Source of the DNA: Kofleriaceae bacterium
GTDB lineage: Bacteria > Myxococcota_A > Polyangia > Haliangiales > Haliangiaceae
Length of the DNA: 64,000 nucleotides
Assembly (NCBI GenBank): GCA_046597055.1
Contig: JBKJLC010000284.1
Span: 1-64,000, forward strand
Reading direction: 5' to 3'
The position numbers and the translations under genes are program-made. Positions 31,442 to 44,528 of the stretch are shown here, in pieces (position 1 is the first letter of the stretch; every line of letters begins with the position of its first letter). Under the pieces are notes generated by a model. It made no database searches, was not told where the DNA came from, and was given only the letters and a program-made list of their open reading frames with translations.

Positions 31442-32881
31442 TCAGGCCAGGCCGAGCAGCGGGCACAGCACGCGCAGCCCGCCGACCACCACGCCAAAGC
31501 CGACCACGTCGAAGATGATCCCGGCGCCCATCATCTGACCCATGGTCACCTTGCCGGTGCCGTAGGCCATCGCATTGGGCGCGGTCGAGATCGGCATCAT
31601 GAAGCCGAACGACGAGCCGATCGTCGCGCCGAGCACGGCCGGCACCACCGACTCGCCAGCCGGCACCATGCCCGCGGCCAGCGGCACGAGCAGGGTCGCG
31701 GTCGCCGTGTTGCTGGTTGCCTCGGACAGGACGATCGCGACCGCGGTCACCAGCGCGACGATCGCCCACTGCGAGCGGGCCCCGGTCAGCTCGGCGAGCT
31801 CGCGCCCCCACGACGCGGTCAGGCCGGTCTCGCGCGCGAGGTCACCGAGCAGGATGCCGCCGCCGAAGAGCAGGATCACGCCCCAGTCGATCCGGGTCGC
31901 CTCCGCCCAGGTCAACGCGGGCCGCGAGGCCTGCGCGGTGCCGCCGGGCAACACGAACAGGAGCCCGCCGGCGAAGATCGCGACGGTCTCCTCGCTGAGG
32001 TGCGCGCGCGTCCACCGGGCGGTCGCGCCGCCCGGGGTGATCAGGTCGGTCAAGCTCGGCGTCAGCCACCCGATCACCGCGACGGCGAGCGCCACCACCA
32101 CCGCGATCTCGCCGCGCGACCACGGCCGCCCCGCGGTCGTCGGCCGCACGGTGGTGCCGACCCCGCGACCGAACAGCGCGAGCAGCACCGCCCACATCAC
32201 CACGAGCATGACCAGCCCGATCGGCAGGCCGACCGCGGCCCAGGTCGCGAAGTCGACCGGCTCGCCGCGCGCGGTGAGCTCGCGCAGGCCGATCAAGTTG
32301 GGCGGGGTGCCGACCGGGGTGGCCAGGCCGCCCATCGACGCACCCCACGCGATCGCGAGCACCATCGCGGCCTGGTAGCGCGCCGGGCCGCGGCTGCCAG
32401 CGGCCAGCGCGATCGGCAGGATGATCGCGGTCGCCGCGGCGTTGGACATCATCGCGGACAGCGCGAAGGTGGTGGCCGACAGCGCGCACAGGAGCGTGCC
32501 CGGACCGCGGGCGAGCCGCGCGGTGGCGCGGGCCGCGCGCTCGCCGAAGCCGTGGACCTTCATCGCCTCGGCGATGAAGAACGAGCCGACGAACATGAAC
32601 AGGAGCGGCGAGCCGAACGCGCCGAACGCCGTCTTCGGCGACGCGATGCCGGCGACCACCGCGAGCGCCGCCGCCAGCAGCGCGACCACCGCCGGTGGCA
32701 GCGCCTCGGTCAGCCACCAGGTCATGGCCAGGCCCATCAGCGCCGCCAGCTTCGGCGCCGGGCCGTCCTGGGTCACGACATAGAGGAGGACCGCGACCGC
32801 GGGGCCGAGCCCGAGCCCGACCAGCCGCTTGCCGCGCTCGAACCGGGCACCGGGCAGGCCCTCGGGAAGCTCGTTGTCCAC
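31442..32881 (-). CDS. DASS/SLC13 family anion:sodium symporter
   Basis: WWLTEALP, MMSNAAAT, ATPVGTPPN, IDWGVILLFGGG, SNTAT, FMMPISTAPNA. Confidence 0.93.
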   Translation of the reverse strand: MDNELPEGLPGARFERGKRLVGLGLGPAVAVLLYVVTQDGPAPKLAALMGLAMTWWLTEALPPAVVALLAAALAVVAGIASPKTAFGAFGSPLLFMFVGSFFIAEAMKVHGFGERAARATARLARGPGTLLCALSATTFALSAMMSNAAATAIILPIALAAGSRGPARYQAAMVLAIAWGASMGGLATPVGTPPNLIGLRELTARGEPVDFATWAAVGLPIGLVMLVVMWAVLLALFGRGVGTTVRPTTAGRPWSRGEIAVVVALAVAVIGWLTPSLTDLITPGGATARWTRAHLSEETVAIFAGGLLFVLPGGTAQASRPALTWAEATRIDWGVILLFGGGILLGDLARETGLTASWGRELAELTGARSQWAIVALVTAVAIVLSEATSNTATATLLVPLAAGMVPAGESVVPAVLGATIGSSFGFMMPISTAPNAMAYGTGKVTMGQMMGAGIIFDVVGFGVVVGGLRVLCPLLGLA

Positions 32882-32886
32882 GTCGG

Positions 32887-33561
32887 TCAGGAGACGTGGG
32901 CGCGGAGGAACTCGACCAGGCGGTCCCACCCCAGCGCGGCGGAGATCGGCTCGTAGACCTCGGGGCGCGCCTCGTTCATGAACGCGTGCTCCGCCTGGTA
33001 GACGTGCAGGTCCATGGGCTGGCCGCGCGCGGCGAGCGTGCGCTGGATCTCCTCGGCCAGCGCCGGCTTGGCCCAGCCGTCGTTGGCGGCGAAGTGGGCC
33101 TCGATCGGCACGTCGACCTGGCTCCAGTCGGCGTGCGGCGGCAGGCCGTAGAACGGCACCGAGGCCGCCAGCCCGCGCAGCGCGCAGGCGGCGGCGAACG
33201 CGTACGCGCCGCCCATGCAGAAGCCGGTGATGCCGACCTTGCCGTTCCCGCGCTCGTGGCCCTTGAGGAAGTCGAGCGCGCCGCCGAGATCGGCCAGCGC
33301 GCGGGCGCCGTCGAGCCCGTTCATGAGCTTCTGCGCCGCCGGGGTGTCCTTCAGATCGGCGACCTCGCCGCGGAAGAGGTCGGGCGCGAGCACGAGGAAG
33401 CCTTCGCCGGCGAGCCGATCGACCATCTGCTCGATCTGCGGCGTGAGCCCCCACCACTCGTGGACGAGGATCACGGCGCCGGCCGTGGCTGAAGCGGGTA
33501 CGGCCAGGGCGCCGCTGATGCGGTCGCCGTTCCTCGATGTGAAGGTCACTCGCTCGGACAT
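32887..33561 (-). CDS. Dienelactone hydrolase family protein
   Basis: HEWWGL, APDLF, GFCMGG, PFYG, HAFMNE; SD GGAGG. Confidence 0.95.
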   Translation of the reverse strand: MSERVTFTSRNGDRISGALAVPASATAGAVILVHEWWGLTPQIEQMVDRLAGEGFLVLAPDLFRGEVADLKDTPAAQKLMNGLDGARALADLGGALDFLKGHERGNGKVGITGFCMGGAYAFAAACALRGLAASVPFYGLPPHADWSQVDVPIEAHFAANDGWAKPALAEEIQRTLAARGQPMDLHVYQAEHAFMNEARPEVYEPISAALGWDRLVEFLRAHVS

Positions 33562-33629
33562 GGAATCCTCCTCCGACAGGCTCAGGATGGGCCGCAGGTG
33601 TGGGCGGCCCGTGTTTATACTGCGCGGCC

Positions 33630-35101
<1,472 letters not shown>

Positions 35102-35105
<4 letters not shown>

Positions 35106-36400
35106 AGTCGCCCATGACCGGACCTGTCTCTCCCGCCGCCGCCTTCGAGTACCGCGGCGACCAGCTGTGTTGCGAGGACGTGCCGCTGGCCGCGATCGCC
35201 GACGCGGTCGGCACGCCGGTGTACGTCTACAGCCGGGGCTCGATCGAGGCGGCCTACCGCGCCTACGACGCGGCGCTCGACGGCCTCGACCACCTCATCT
35301 GTTACAGCGTGAAGGCCAACTCGTCGCTGGGGATCCTCGGCCTGCTGGCCAAGCTCGGCGCCGGCGCCGACATCGTCTCCGGCGGCGAGCTGTACCGGTG
35401 GATGAAGGCTGGCGGCGATCCCGGCAAGGTCGTGTTCTCGGGCGTCGGCAAGACCGAGGCCGAGATGCGGCGCGCGCTCGAGGTCGGCATCCTGGCGTTC
35501 AACGTCGAGTCGACCGAGGAGCTCGAGGTGCTCGACCGGGTCGCGCGCGCCGCCGGCGTCCGCGCCACCGTTGCCCTGCGGGTCAACCCCGACGTCGACG
35601 CCCAGACCCATCCGTACATCTCGACCGGGCTCAAGCAGAACAAGTTCGGCATCGACGGCGCCGCCGCGCGCGACGCGTTCCGCCGGGCCGCGAGCCTGCC
35701 CGGGCTGATCGTGCGCGGCATCGACTGCCACATCGGCAGCCAGCTCACCAAGACCTCGCCGTTCGCCGACGCGATCACCCGCCTGTGCGAGCTGATCCTC
35801 GAGCTGGCCGGCGAGGGCATCGTGATCCGCGATCTCGACATCGGCGGTGGGCTCGGCATCGACTACGGCAAGAGCGGCGACGCGCCGCCGCCGTCGCACG
35901 GCGAGTACGGCGCGGCGGTGAAGGCCGCGCTGGCGATGCTCGGCAGCCATCCGATCCGGCTGCTGGTCGAGCCGGGCCGCTCGATCGTCGGCCCGGCCGG
36001 CACCCTGGTCACCCGGGTGCTGTTCCGCAAGGAGAACGAGGTCAAGCACTTCACGATCGTCGACGCCGCGATGAACGACCTGATCCGGCCGTCCTTCTAC
36101 GGCAGCCACCATCCGATGCGGCCAGTGCTGGCCGGCGAGCGGCCGCTGGCGCCGACCGACGTGGTCGGCCCCATCTGCGAGACCGGCGACTTCCTGGCCC
36201 GCGATCGCGCGTTGCCGCGGATGGAGCCGGGCGAGCTGCTGGCGATCGGCGCCGCCGGCGCCTACGGGTTCACGATGTCGTCGAACTACAACACGCGGCC
36301 GCGGGCGGCCGAGGTGCTGGTCACCGGCGACCGCTGGTCGGTGATCCGCGAGCGGGAGACGCTCGAGCACCTCACCGCCGGCGAGCGCGTCGCCGAGTAG
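35102..36400 (+). CDS. lysA: Diaminopimelate decarboxylase
   Basis: [34 protein letters not shown]. Confidence 0.97.
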
Positions 36401-36406
36401 CGCCGC

Positions 36407-37234
36407 ATGGCGGCGCGCGAGCGGCTCGACAAGGTGCTGGTCGATCGCGGCCTGGTGCCGACGCGGGCGCGCGCGCAGAGCCTGATCCTGGCCGGCAAGG
36501 TCACGGTCGCCGGCCAGGTCGTGACCAAGGCGGGCGCGCCGATCGGCGAGGACACCGAGGTCGCGCTGCGCGAGGCCGACCACCCGTACGTGTCGCGCGG
36601 CGCGCTCAAGCTGGTGAAGGGGCTCGATACGTTCGGGATCGATCCAACCGGGCGGGTCGGGCTCGACATCGGCGCGTCGACCGGCGGCTTCACCGACCTG
36701 CTCCTGCGCCGCGGGGCGCGCCGCGTCTACGCGATCGACGTCGGCTATGGCCAGCTGGCCTGGTCGCTGCGCCAGGACCCGCGGGTGGTCGTGCTCGAGC
36801 GCCAGAACGTGCGCACGATCGATCCCGCGCTGGTGCCCGAGGCCGCCGACCTCGCGGTGATCGACGTCTCGTTCATCTCGCTGACGCTGGTGCTGCCCGG
36901 GGTGGTCGCGCTGCTGCGGCCGCCGCCCGGCAAGCCGATCGTGTGCCTGGTGAAGCCGCAGTTCGAGGTCGGCCGCGAGCGGGTGGGCAAGGGCGGGGTG
37001 GTCCGCGACGAGGCCGCTCGTCAGGACGCGGTCGACAAGATCCGCACCTGGGCCGCGGCGCGCGGGTTCGGCGTGGGCGACGTGGCCGAATCGCCGATCC
37101 GCGGTCCGGCCGGGAACGTCGAGTACCTGCTGCTGCTGCGGTCGCCGGCGGCGGCTCCGGTGGACGTGCCGCCCGACGGCGCGCCGGATGCGCCCGGCCT
37201 CGCGGATGGGGCCGATGCCCTCGACGACGACTGA
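36407..37234 (+). CDS. tlyA: TlyA family rRNA 2'-O-methyltransferase
   Basis: RLDK S4 domain, YVSRGALKL, DIGASTGGFTD, DVSFISL, LVKPQFE, GNVEY. Confidence 0.96.
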   Translation: MAARERLDKVLVDRGLVPTRARAQSLILAGKVTVAGQVVTKAGAPIGEDTEVALREADHPYVSRGALKLVKGLDTFGIDPTGRVGLDIGASTGGFTDLLLRRGARRVYAIDVGYGQLAWSLRQDPRVVVLERQNVRTIDPALVPEAADLAVIDVSFISLTLVLPGVVALLRPPPGKPIVCLVKPQFEVGRERVGKGGVVRDEAARQDAVDKIRTWAAARGFGVGDVAESPIRGPAGNVEYLLLLRSPAAAPVDVPPDGAPDAPGLADGADALDDD

Positions 37235-37329
37235 CGCGTCGGCCGCGGGCTGACGCCAACGACGCCGCCGGACGCGCGGCTGGCCGCGAACCGACCCCGC
37301 TGCGGCCGGCCCCGGGTGGGCCGCAGCGA

Positions 37330-37887
37330 TCAGATCGTGGCGGTACCGCCGTCCCAGCGCAGCTCGAGCCGCGGCCCGTCGCCGAGGCGCAGCTCGATGC
37401 CCAGCGCCGCCGAGCGCAGTACGCCCGCCTCGGGCTCGACCTGTCGCAGCGACGTGCCCCACAGGACGTGCAGCTCGAGCGCACGCGTCCTCGGGTCGAT
37501 CAGCCAGACCTCGCGCACGCCCATGCGCGCGTACCAGGGCAGCTTGTCGCGGCTCTCGTCGTTCGGCGACAGGATCTCGATCACGACCTGAGCCTTGCCC
37601 TCGATGCCGCGCGCCGAGACCTGCTCGGGGACGACGATCGTCAGGTCCGGCACTCGGTGGTCATCGGCGCGTCCGAACATGCTGGTCTCGTAGAAGATCT
37701 CCAGGCCGCGCGCGCGGACCAGCGGTGCCAGGGCCAGGAGCAGGTCCCGGCCGAACCCCATGTGCAACGTCCCCGGCTGCGGCACCATGTGCAGAACGCC
37801 CTCCCACATCTCGTCACGCACATCGATCCCGAGCCGGCGACGCTCGGCGAGCATCGTGGCAGGGACGTCCAGCAGGAGGCCGCGCAT
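37330..37887 (-). CDS. Uma2 family putative endonuclease
   Basis: EMWEG, VPDL, VIEILSP, KLPWYARMGVREVWLIDP. Confidence 0.92.
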   Translation of the reverse strand: MRGLLLDVPATMLAERRRLGIDVRDEMWEGVLHMVPQPGTLHMGFGRDLLLALAPLVRARGLEIFYETSMFGRADDHRVPDLTIVVPEQVSARGIEGKAQVVIEILSPNDESRDKLPWYARMGVREVWLIDPRTRALELHVLWGTSLRQVEPEAGVLRSAALGIELRLGDGPRLELRWDGGTATI

Positions 37888-37983
37888 GACGGCAGCATAC
37901 CGCTGCACGTGCGGGGCCGGACAGCGCCGTCGTGAGGCCGGTCCGCGTCACGCGCGCAAGATGGCGGAAGCACGCGTCGATCA

Positions 37984-38098
37984 GGTGTCACCCACCCGCG
38001 CGCGGGGTGTCACCCACCCGCGCGGCGGGTGTCACCCACCCGCGCGTGCATCCGGCTGGACGGGAACGGGACAGGCTGTCCGGAAGCCGGACAGTCCT
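37984..38098. repeat. REP-like GGTGTCACCCACC x3 plus TGTCCGG-N3-CCGGACA palindrome
   Basis: Copies at 37984, 38006 and 38028 (22-bp period); palindrome near 38077-38093. Confidence 0.85.
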
Positions 38099-38300
38099 AC
38101 GGCCACGCGGCCCGGCCCGCGCCGGTCGCGTTCGGTGTGGCGAGCCGGCCGCGCCGAGGTTGCATCCGCCGGCTGCCCGGTCAGCGCAGACCACTCCCCG
38201 GGCCCCGCAGCGCCTCGCACATCCTCGGCGGTCCCCCCGCGCGCCCATCGACCGACGAAAAGTGCTCTGCGACGGTTGGGCGCGGTGGTAGCTTTTCACC

Positions 38301-39224
38301 ATGGGGGTGACGCTGGCATCGCTGGAACGCGGGGACCTCCAGGCCGCGTCCGAGGTGCTGGCCGCCGCATGCCCCCACGACCGCGCCGCCGAGGTCGCCG
38401 CCGAGAAGCTGTTCGGGGCTTGTCCGCACCGGGAGCCGAGGTCGTTCGGGGCGCGGAAGAGCGGCATCTTTGTCGGCGTCGCGGCGATGTGCTGCGACCG
38501 GGTGCGGGTGCTCGCGGTGCATCCGGCCGCCCGGCGCGAGGGCATCGGCACCCTGCTGCTGCGCGCCTGCGAGGCGGAGGTGTTCGCCAGCGCGGCCCGG
38601 CGGGTCCGGATGCTCGACGAACCCGGCAACTACCTCGCCCCCGGCATCGACGTGGCGAACACCGAGACCATCGCCTGGCTCGAGCGTCGCGGCTACGTCT
38701 GCCGCGACGAGCGTTCCAACCTGATGGTCGACGTCCGGACCAACCCGCGGGTCAGCGCGGCGCGCGCCGAGGAGCTGGCGGGGTGCGCCGAGGCGCAGGG
38801 CTACCAGATCCGGCGGGCGCGCCGGGACGAGACCGACGCGCTGTCGGCCGCGGTCTCGATCGGCTTCGGTGGGGCGTGGCCGTTCGAGATCGAACGGGCG
38901 ATTGCCCACGATCCGGCAGGTTTGCACATCGCCCTTCACCACGACCGGCTCGCCGCCTTTGCCGCCCACGACGGGAACAACCAGGGGCTCGGCTGGTTCG
39001 GCCCGGCCGGGACCTGGCCCGAGCACCGCGGCCTCGGCCTCGGCGAGGCGCTCCTCCTGGCCTGCCTGGTCGACATCGCCGCGACCCACGCCACGGCGGA
39101 GATCGCCTGGATCGGGCCCCGCGAGTTCTACGAGCGCGCGGTCGGCACGACCGTCGAGCGGCGGTTCGCGGTGCTGACGAAGGACAATCCGCAGCGCCGC
39201 CCTACGATCCCGCCGATGATGTAG
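38301..39224 (+). CDS. Tandem GNAT acetyltransferase
   Basis: AVHPAARREGIG and GTWPEHRGLGLG acetyl-CoA motifs, FYER. Confidence 0.88.
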   Translation: MGVTLASLERGDLQAASEVLAAACPHDRAAEVAAEKLFGACPHREPRSFGARKSGIFVGVAAMCCDRVRVLAVHPAARREGIGTLLLRACEAEVFASAARRVRMLDEPGNYLAPGIDVANTETIAWLERRGYVCRDERSNLMVDVRTNPRVSAARAEELAGCAEAQGYQIRRARRDETDALSAAVSIGFGGAWPFEIERAIAHDPAGLHIALHHDRLAAFAAHDGNNQGLGWFGPAGTWPEHRGLGLGEALLLACLVDIAATHATAEIAWIGPREFYERAVGTTVERRFAVLTKDNPQRRPTIPPMM

Positions 39225-39295
39225 GCAAGATGGACGGACGCTTCCGCTCGGCGTGGGCCGCACCGCACGGCACGCGAGCTGCAGATGAATCGCCC

Positions 39296-40063
39296 ATGCG
39301 TGCCGTAGTACTGGCCGTCCTGTTGCTCGCTGCGGCCTCGGCCGCGGCCGAGCCAGGACCGCCCGCGGCCGAGCCAGGACCGCCTGCGGCCGAGTCGGTC
39401 CCGCCGGTCGACCCGCCGCCCACGGCCGAGCCGGCGCCGCCGACGTACGAACCCGCCAGCGCCGAGGCCGGACCGCCGGTCTACGGACCCGGCGCGGTCG
39501 AGCCAGGTCCACCGCGCTACGGGCCGCCGCCGGCCGACCCCGCCCGCGGCCGGCCATCGATCGACTCCCCGCAGCTGTCGCTCGCGCTCGGCGCGTCGGC
39601 CTTCGCCGACGGCACGCTGCACGGCACCCCGATCGGCGTCGCGGTCGGCGCGCGGATCCCGGGCCGACCGCTGTGGGTGCAGGTCACCGGCGCCTACGGG
39701 CCGACCCGCCTGGCGAGCGGCGCCGAGGGCAGCGGCGGCGAGCTCCGCGCCGGGCCAAGGGTCATCCGCTGCGGCTTGCGCGGCTACGTGTGTGGCGGCG
39801 CCGGCGCCGAGATCGGCTGGGCGTTCGAGCGTCACGACGGTCGCAGCCGTCATGCCGTGGTCGTCGACACGCGCGTCCACCTGCTGATCGGGTTCGACCG
39901 CGCCGCGCGGCTCGGCCTCGACCTCGACCTCGGCGTGCGCGGGCGGGTGCCGGTGTCGACCGAGCACCCCGACGACGCCGCCGACGATCCGCGCGCCGAT
40001 CCCGACGTGGTCGGCGCGACCCCGGGCGTGGTCGCCGGTGCCGCGCTGTTCGTGCGGTACTGA
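39296..40063 (+). CDS. Secreted Pro-rich, possibly outer-membrane beta-barrel protein
   Basis: Signal peptide, AEPGPP repeats, amphipathic strands, C-terminal Y. Confidence 0.6.
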   Translation: MRAVVLAVLLLAAASAAAEPGPPAAEPGPPAAESVPPVDPPPTAEPAPPTYEPASAEAGPPVYGPGAVEPGPPRYGPPPADPARGRPSIDSPQLSLALGASAFADGTLHGTPIGVAVGARIPGRPLWVQVTGAYGPTRLASGAEGSGGELRAGPRVIRCGLRGYVCGGAGAEIGWAFERHDGRSRHAVVVDTRVHLLIGFDRAARLGLDLDLGVRGRVPVSTEHPDDAADDPRADPDVVGATPGVVAGAALFVRY

Positions 40064-40095
40064 CGGCCGCGTTCGCGATGTGGCATGGTCGCGTG

Positions 40096-41085
40096 GTGAC
40101 CCGCGCGATGTTGCTCTGCGCTGGCTACGGCTCGCGCCTCGGGACCCTGTCCGACGCGCGGCCCAAGCCGATGCTCCCGGTGTGCGACGTGCCGATCGTG
40201 CGCTACGGGATCGCCCAGCTGGTCGCGCACGGTATCCGCGACATCGTCATCAATCTCCATCATCGGGGCGACACGATCGAGGCCGACCTCGGCGATGGCG
40301 CCGCGCTCGGCGCGCGCATCCAGTACAGCCACGAGGACACGATCCTCGGCACCGGCGGCGGCCTCAAGCACGCGCTCACGCTGCTCGATCCGTCGGGGAC
40401 CGATCAGCCGTTCGTGTCGATGAACGGCAAGCTCATCTTCGACGTCGACCTGACCGCGCTGCTGGCCGCGCACCGGGACGACCCGAGCGTGCTCGGCACG
40501 CTGGTGGTCCAGCCGGTGGCCGACGCCGCGCTGTGGGGCGCGGTCGACGTCCATCGCGACGATGGCCGGCTGCGCGTCCACGACATCCTCGGCGCCGGCG
40601 GCCACATGTTCTGCGGCGTGCACGTGACCCGGCCGTCGGTGGTGGCGCGCCTGCCGCCCGGCGAGGCGTGCATGGTGCGCCAGGGCTACCTGCCGTGGCT
40701 GACCGCGGGCGAGCCCGTCGCCGCCTTCGAGCACACCGGCGGCTACTTCGCCGAGCACTCGACCCCGGCGCGCTACCTCGCCAGCAACTGGGCCCTGCTC
40801 GACGGCACCCCGCTGCGCCATCCGCCGGGGCCGCTGCACGGGGTCGATCCCGACGCGACGGTCGCCGCCGGCGCCACCATCCGTCCGCCGGTCCGGATCG
40901 GCCCGGGGGCCCAGATCGGCGCCGGGGCGGTGGTCGGTCCCTACGCCGTCATCGGGCGAGGTGCGGTCGTGGCCGCCGGCGCCCGGGTGGCGCGCAGCGT
41001 CATCTGGCCCGGCGCGGTGGTGACCGGCGCGATCGACGACGCGATCGTCACGCCGACCGGCGTCGTCGCGGTCCAGCCCGACTGA
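40096..41085 (+). CDS. NDP-sugar synthase (mannose-1-phosphate guanylyltransferase-like)
   Basis: LCAGYGSRL...PKPMLPV, LGTGGG, hexapeptide-repeat C-terminus; start 40078-40096. Confidence 0.9.
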   Translation: MTRAMLLCAGYGSRLGTLSDARPKPMLPVCDVPIVRYGIAQLVAHGIRDIVINLHHRGDTIEADLGDGAALGARIQYSHEDTILGTGGGLKHALTLLDPSGTDQPFVSMNGKLIFDVDLTALLAAHRDDPSVLGTLVVQPVADAALWGAVDVHRDDGRLRVHDILGAGGHMFCGVHVTRPSVVARLPPGEACMVRQGYLPWLTAGEPVAAFEHTGGYFAEHSTPARYLASNWALLDGTPLRHPPGPLHGVDPDATVAAGATIRPPVRIGPGAQIGAGAVVGPYAVIGRGAVVAAGARVARSVIWPGAVVTGAIDDAIVTPTGVVAVQPD

Positions 41086-41108
41086 TCGAAAGAATCACCG
41101 CCCCCGAG
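41086..41108 (+). repeat. Dispersed 23-bp element, copy 2
   Basis: TCGAAAGAATCACCGCCCCCGAG directly after a stop codon. Confidence 0.75.
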
Positions 41109-41180
41109 GGAAGGTCGGCGCCCGACCCTGCCAGATCGATCCGCTTGCACCCCGCCCGGCCCTGCGCGAGTCTTGCCCAC

Positions 41181-41408
41181 ATGCCGCTCTTCGACTGGGA
41201 GTGTAAAGCCTGCGCCCACTGCTTCGAGGCGATGGCCAGCGGGGATCAGAAGCCGCTGTGCCCCGCGTGCGAGGCCGCGGACGTGGAGAAGATCATGAGC
41301 GTCGGCTCGGTGAACCTGCACCTGGGCGGCCGCAACATCCCGCGGGTGGTCGAGGCCAAGCCGCGGGTCCCGAAGATCTACGGGGGCGGCGGCATCAAGG
41401 GCGGCTGA
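41181..41408 (+). CDS. FmdB-family zinc-ribbon protein
   Basis: MPLFDWECKACAHCFE...CPAC; preceded by TTGCAC-N17-GAGTCT. Confidence 0.88.
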   Translation: MPLFDWECKACAHCFEAMASGDQKPLCPACEAADVEKIMSVGSVNLHLGGRNIPRVVEAKPRVPKIYGGGGIKGG

Positions 41409-41426
41409 GCCGCCCGACCCGCCCGA

Positions 41427-41794
41427 TCAGCGGCAGCCCAGCGACGGTAGCTGCGCGGCTTCCTGGATGCACAGCGCGATGATCTTCCGGGCCTCGCGCT
41501 GGGCGCGGACGATCGAGTCGCGGGTCGACGTCGGATCATCGTCGACGCCGAGCGTGAGCGCGAGCGCCTCGGGCTTGGCGTGCTTCAGCTCGCACTGCTC
41601 GGCGAGCGCGGGCTTCTGCTTGGCGCACGCGCACAGCCGCTCGACGTAGGTCGTGCAGGCGTCGGCGCCGCGCTGCCGCTCGGGCAGCGTCATCGGCGCC
41701 GGGCGATCGCTGACCGGTCCCGGCTCGACCCTGGGCGCAGCCTTGCCCTTGCAGCCCAGGCTCGCGACCACCAGCGCGCCCAGCAGGAGGCGGC

Positions 41795-41798
<4 letters not shown>
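41427..41798 (-). CDS. Small Cys-containing lipoprotein
   Basis: MSRLLLGALVVASLGC; ATGA overlap with the phosphatase stop. Confidence 0.7.
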
Positions 41799-42583
<785 letters not shown>

Positions 42584-42685
42584 CGCGCAGGAGTCTATCA
42601 CCCACCTTGCGGGCCCGCAGGGTCACGGCCGGCCCTGACCGTGGAGGTTGACTCCCCCCGGGCGGCCCCTCATCCTCAGGAGGTC

Positions 42686-42841
42686 ATGGAGGACACCGCT
42701 CCCGCCCTGGGCATCTGGTGGTCGTACGCCGAGGCGAACGCGACCGTGCTCGGCGTGGTGGTCGCGCTGATCGCGGCCGCGGCGCTGCTCTTCGTCGGGA
42801 GGCGCGCGATCGGTCAGCGCCGGTCTCGCCGTCGGAACTAG
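42686..42841 (+). CDS. 51-aa single-TM membrane protein
   Basis: AGGAGG before ATG, TTGACT-N17-CATCCT upstream; TM followed by an Arg-rich tail; abuts the next gene. Confidence 0.6.
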   Translation: MEDTAPALGIWWSYAEANATVLGVVVALIAAAALLFVGRRAIGQRRSRRRN

Positions 42842-44524
42842 ATGGCGGTGGTCGCGCGCGGATCGCTCGCCGACCGTTCGGCGCCGCGGCTGGTCGCCGC
42901 GCTGGCCACGCGCGCGTTCACCGGCGAGCTCGTGATCGAGGCCAGCGGGCGCGCCTATCGACTTGCGTGGGCCTACGGCGCGCTGGTCGGGGCCCAGAGC
43001 CCGCACCCGGCCGACAGCGCGGCCAAGGTCGCGCTCACGCTCGGCGTGCTCAGCTCGACCCAGGCCGGCGAGGTCGCCCGCATCATCGCGGCCACCCCCG
43101 GGGTCGACGAGATGGAGGTGGTTGCGCAGACCGCGCGGCTGTCGACCGAGCTGATCGGCCGGCTCGCGCGCCGGCTGGCCGGGGCCCGCGCCGCCCGCGC
43201 GATGTCGGTCGAGACCGGCAGCTTCGTCATCGACGACGAGCAGCCGTACTGGGGCAACGTCACGCCGGTCGATGCCCGCTGGGTGCTCTACAGTGGCCTG
43301 CGCCAGCACTTCACGTTCGAGCGGGCCGCGCGCGAGCTGGCGGGCCTCGCCAGCGCGGTCCGGCTGCGCGAGGGCGTCGACCTCGATGGGTTCGGGTTCG
43401 ACGAACCCGAGGCGCCGGTGCTCGCGCGGCTGCGCGCGGGCGAGCTGGCGCTGGCGCCGCTGCCGCCCGGGCTCGACCCGCAGGTCGCGCAGGCGGTGGT
43501 GCTCGCGCTCCTGCTCGGCGGCGAGGTCGAGGTCGCCCGGGCGCCGGTGCCGGTGGCGGCCTCGGTGACCCCGGTCGCGCCCCCGACGCGCGTCGAGCGC
43601 GCCGAGCCGTCAGGCTCGCCGCCGGCATCGCCGGGGCCGGGCACGACCCAGCCCATGGGCTTCCCCACCCGCGCGACGCCGGCGCACGGGCTCGCGGCGC
43701 CCGCGGTGCCGGCCCGGGCCGCCTCGCCGTCGCCCGCGGCGGCGAGCGCGCAGCCCGACAAGATCCGCGCGCTCATCGCGGAGCGCCTGGCCGTGCTCGA
43801 TGGCACCGGCGATCACTTCGCGCTGCTCGGGGTCGCGCCCGAGGCTGGCCCCGACGAGATCCGCACGCGCTACTTCGCGCTCGCCCGCCACCTGCATCCG
43901 GATCGGCTCAAGGCCGCCGGCGTCGAGGACGAGACCAAGGAAGCGCAGCGCCTGTTCGCCCGCATGAACGAGGCGTTCACCGTGCTGACCGATCCCGACA
44001 AGCGCGCGAAGTACCAGCAGGTGATGCGCGCCGGCGGTGAGGCCGCGGTGCGGGCGCGCGAGGCGGCGACCGAGGCCGCGGTCCGGCGCGCGCTCGATGC
44101 CGAGGAGCGGTTTCGCCTCGGCGAGATGGCGCTGCGCCGCCAGCAGCTCGAGCTCGCGCTGCGCGAGTTCCAAAGGGCGGTCGAGCTCGACCCCGAGGAG
44201 GCCGACCACCACGCGATGCTCGGCTGGACGACCTACGTGGCCGCGGCCAACAAGGCGAGCGCGACGCCGGTCGCGCGCGGTCACCTGCAGCGCGCGCTCG
44301 AGAAGAACCCGAAGAGCGTGACCGCCTACCTGGCGCTCGGCCGGCTGGCGCGGATGGAGGGCCACGACGGCGAGGCGCTCAAGCACTTCCAGCAGGCAGT
44401 GAAGCTCGAGCCCGGCAACCAGGAGGCGACCGTCGAGCTGCGCGGGATCGAGTCGCGCGGCAAGGCAGGGGACGCGGGCGAGAAGAAGGGCGGCTTCTTC
44501 GGCAAGTCGTCCAAGAAGCCGTAG
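42842..44524 (+). CDS. DUF4388-like + DnaJ + TPR protein
   Basis: N-terminal TGELVI; J-domain HFALLGV...LHPDR...NEAFTVL; TPR C-terminus. Confidence 0.88.
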   Translation: MAVVARGSLADRSAPRLVAALATRAFTGELVIEASGRAYRLAWAYGALVGAQSPHPADSAAKVALTLGVLSSTQAGEVARIIAATPGVDEMEVVAQTARLSTELIGRLARRLAGARAARAMSVETGSFVIDDEQPYWGNVTPVDARWVLYSGLRQHFTFERAARELAGLASAVRLREGVDLDGFGFDEPEAPVLARLRAGELALAPLPPGLDPQVAQAVVLALLLGGEVEVARAPVPVAASVTPVAPPTRVERAEPSGSPPASPGPGTTQPMGFPTRATPAHGLAAPAVPARAASPSPAAASAQPDKIRALIAERLAVLDGTGDHFALLGVAPEAGPDEIRTRYFALARHLHPDRLKAAGVEDETKEAQRLFARMNEAFTVLTDPDKRAKYQQVMRAGGEAAVRAREAATEAAVRRALDAEERFRLGEMALRRQQLELALREFQRAVELDPEEADHHAMLGWTTYVAAANKASATPVARGHLQRALEKNPKSVTAYLALGRLARMEGHDGEALKHFQQAVKLEPGNQEATVELRGIESRGKAGDAGEKKGGFFGKSSKKP

Positions 44525-44528
44525 CCGG

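Noticed and set aside
37330..37887. Uma2 as the restriction partner of the methyltransferase, or as a mobile element
   Set aside because: It is 20 kb away; Uma2 genes are common stand-alone paralogs; no terminal repeats seen.
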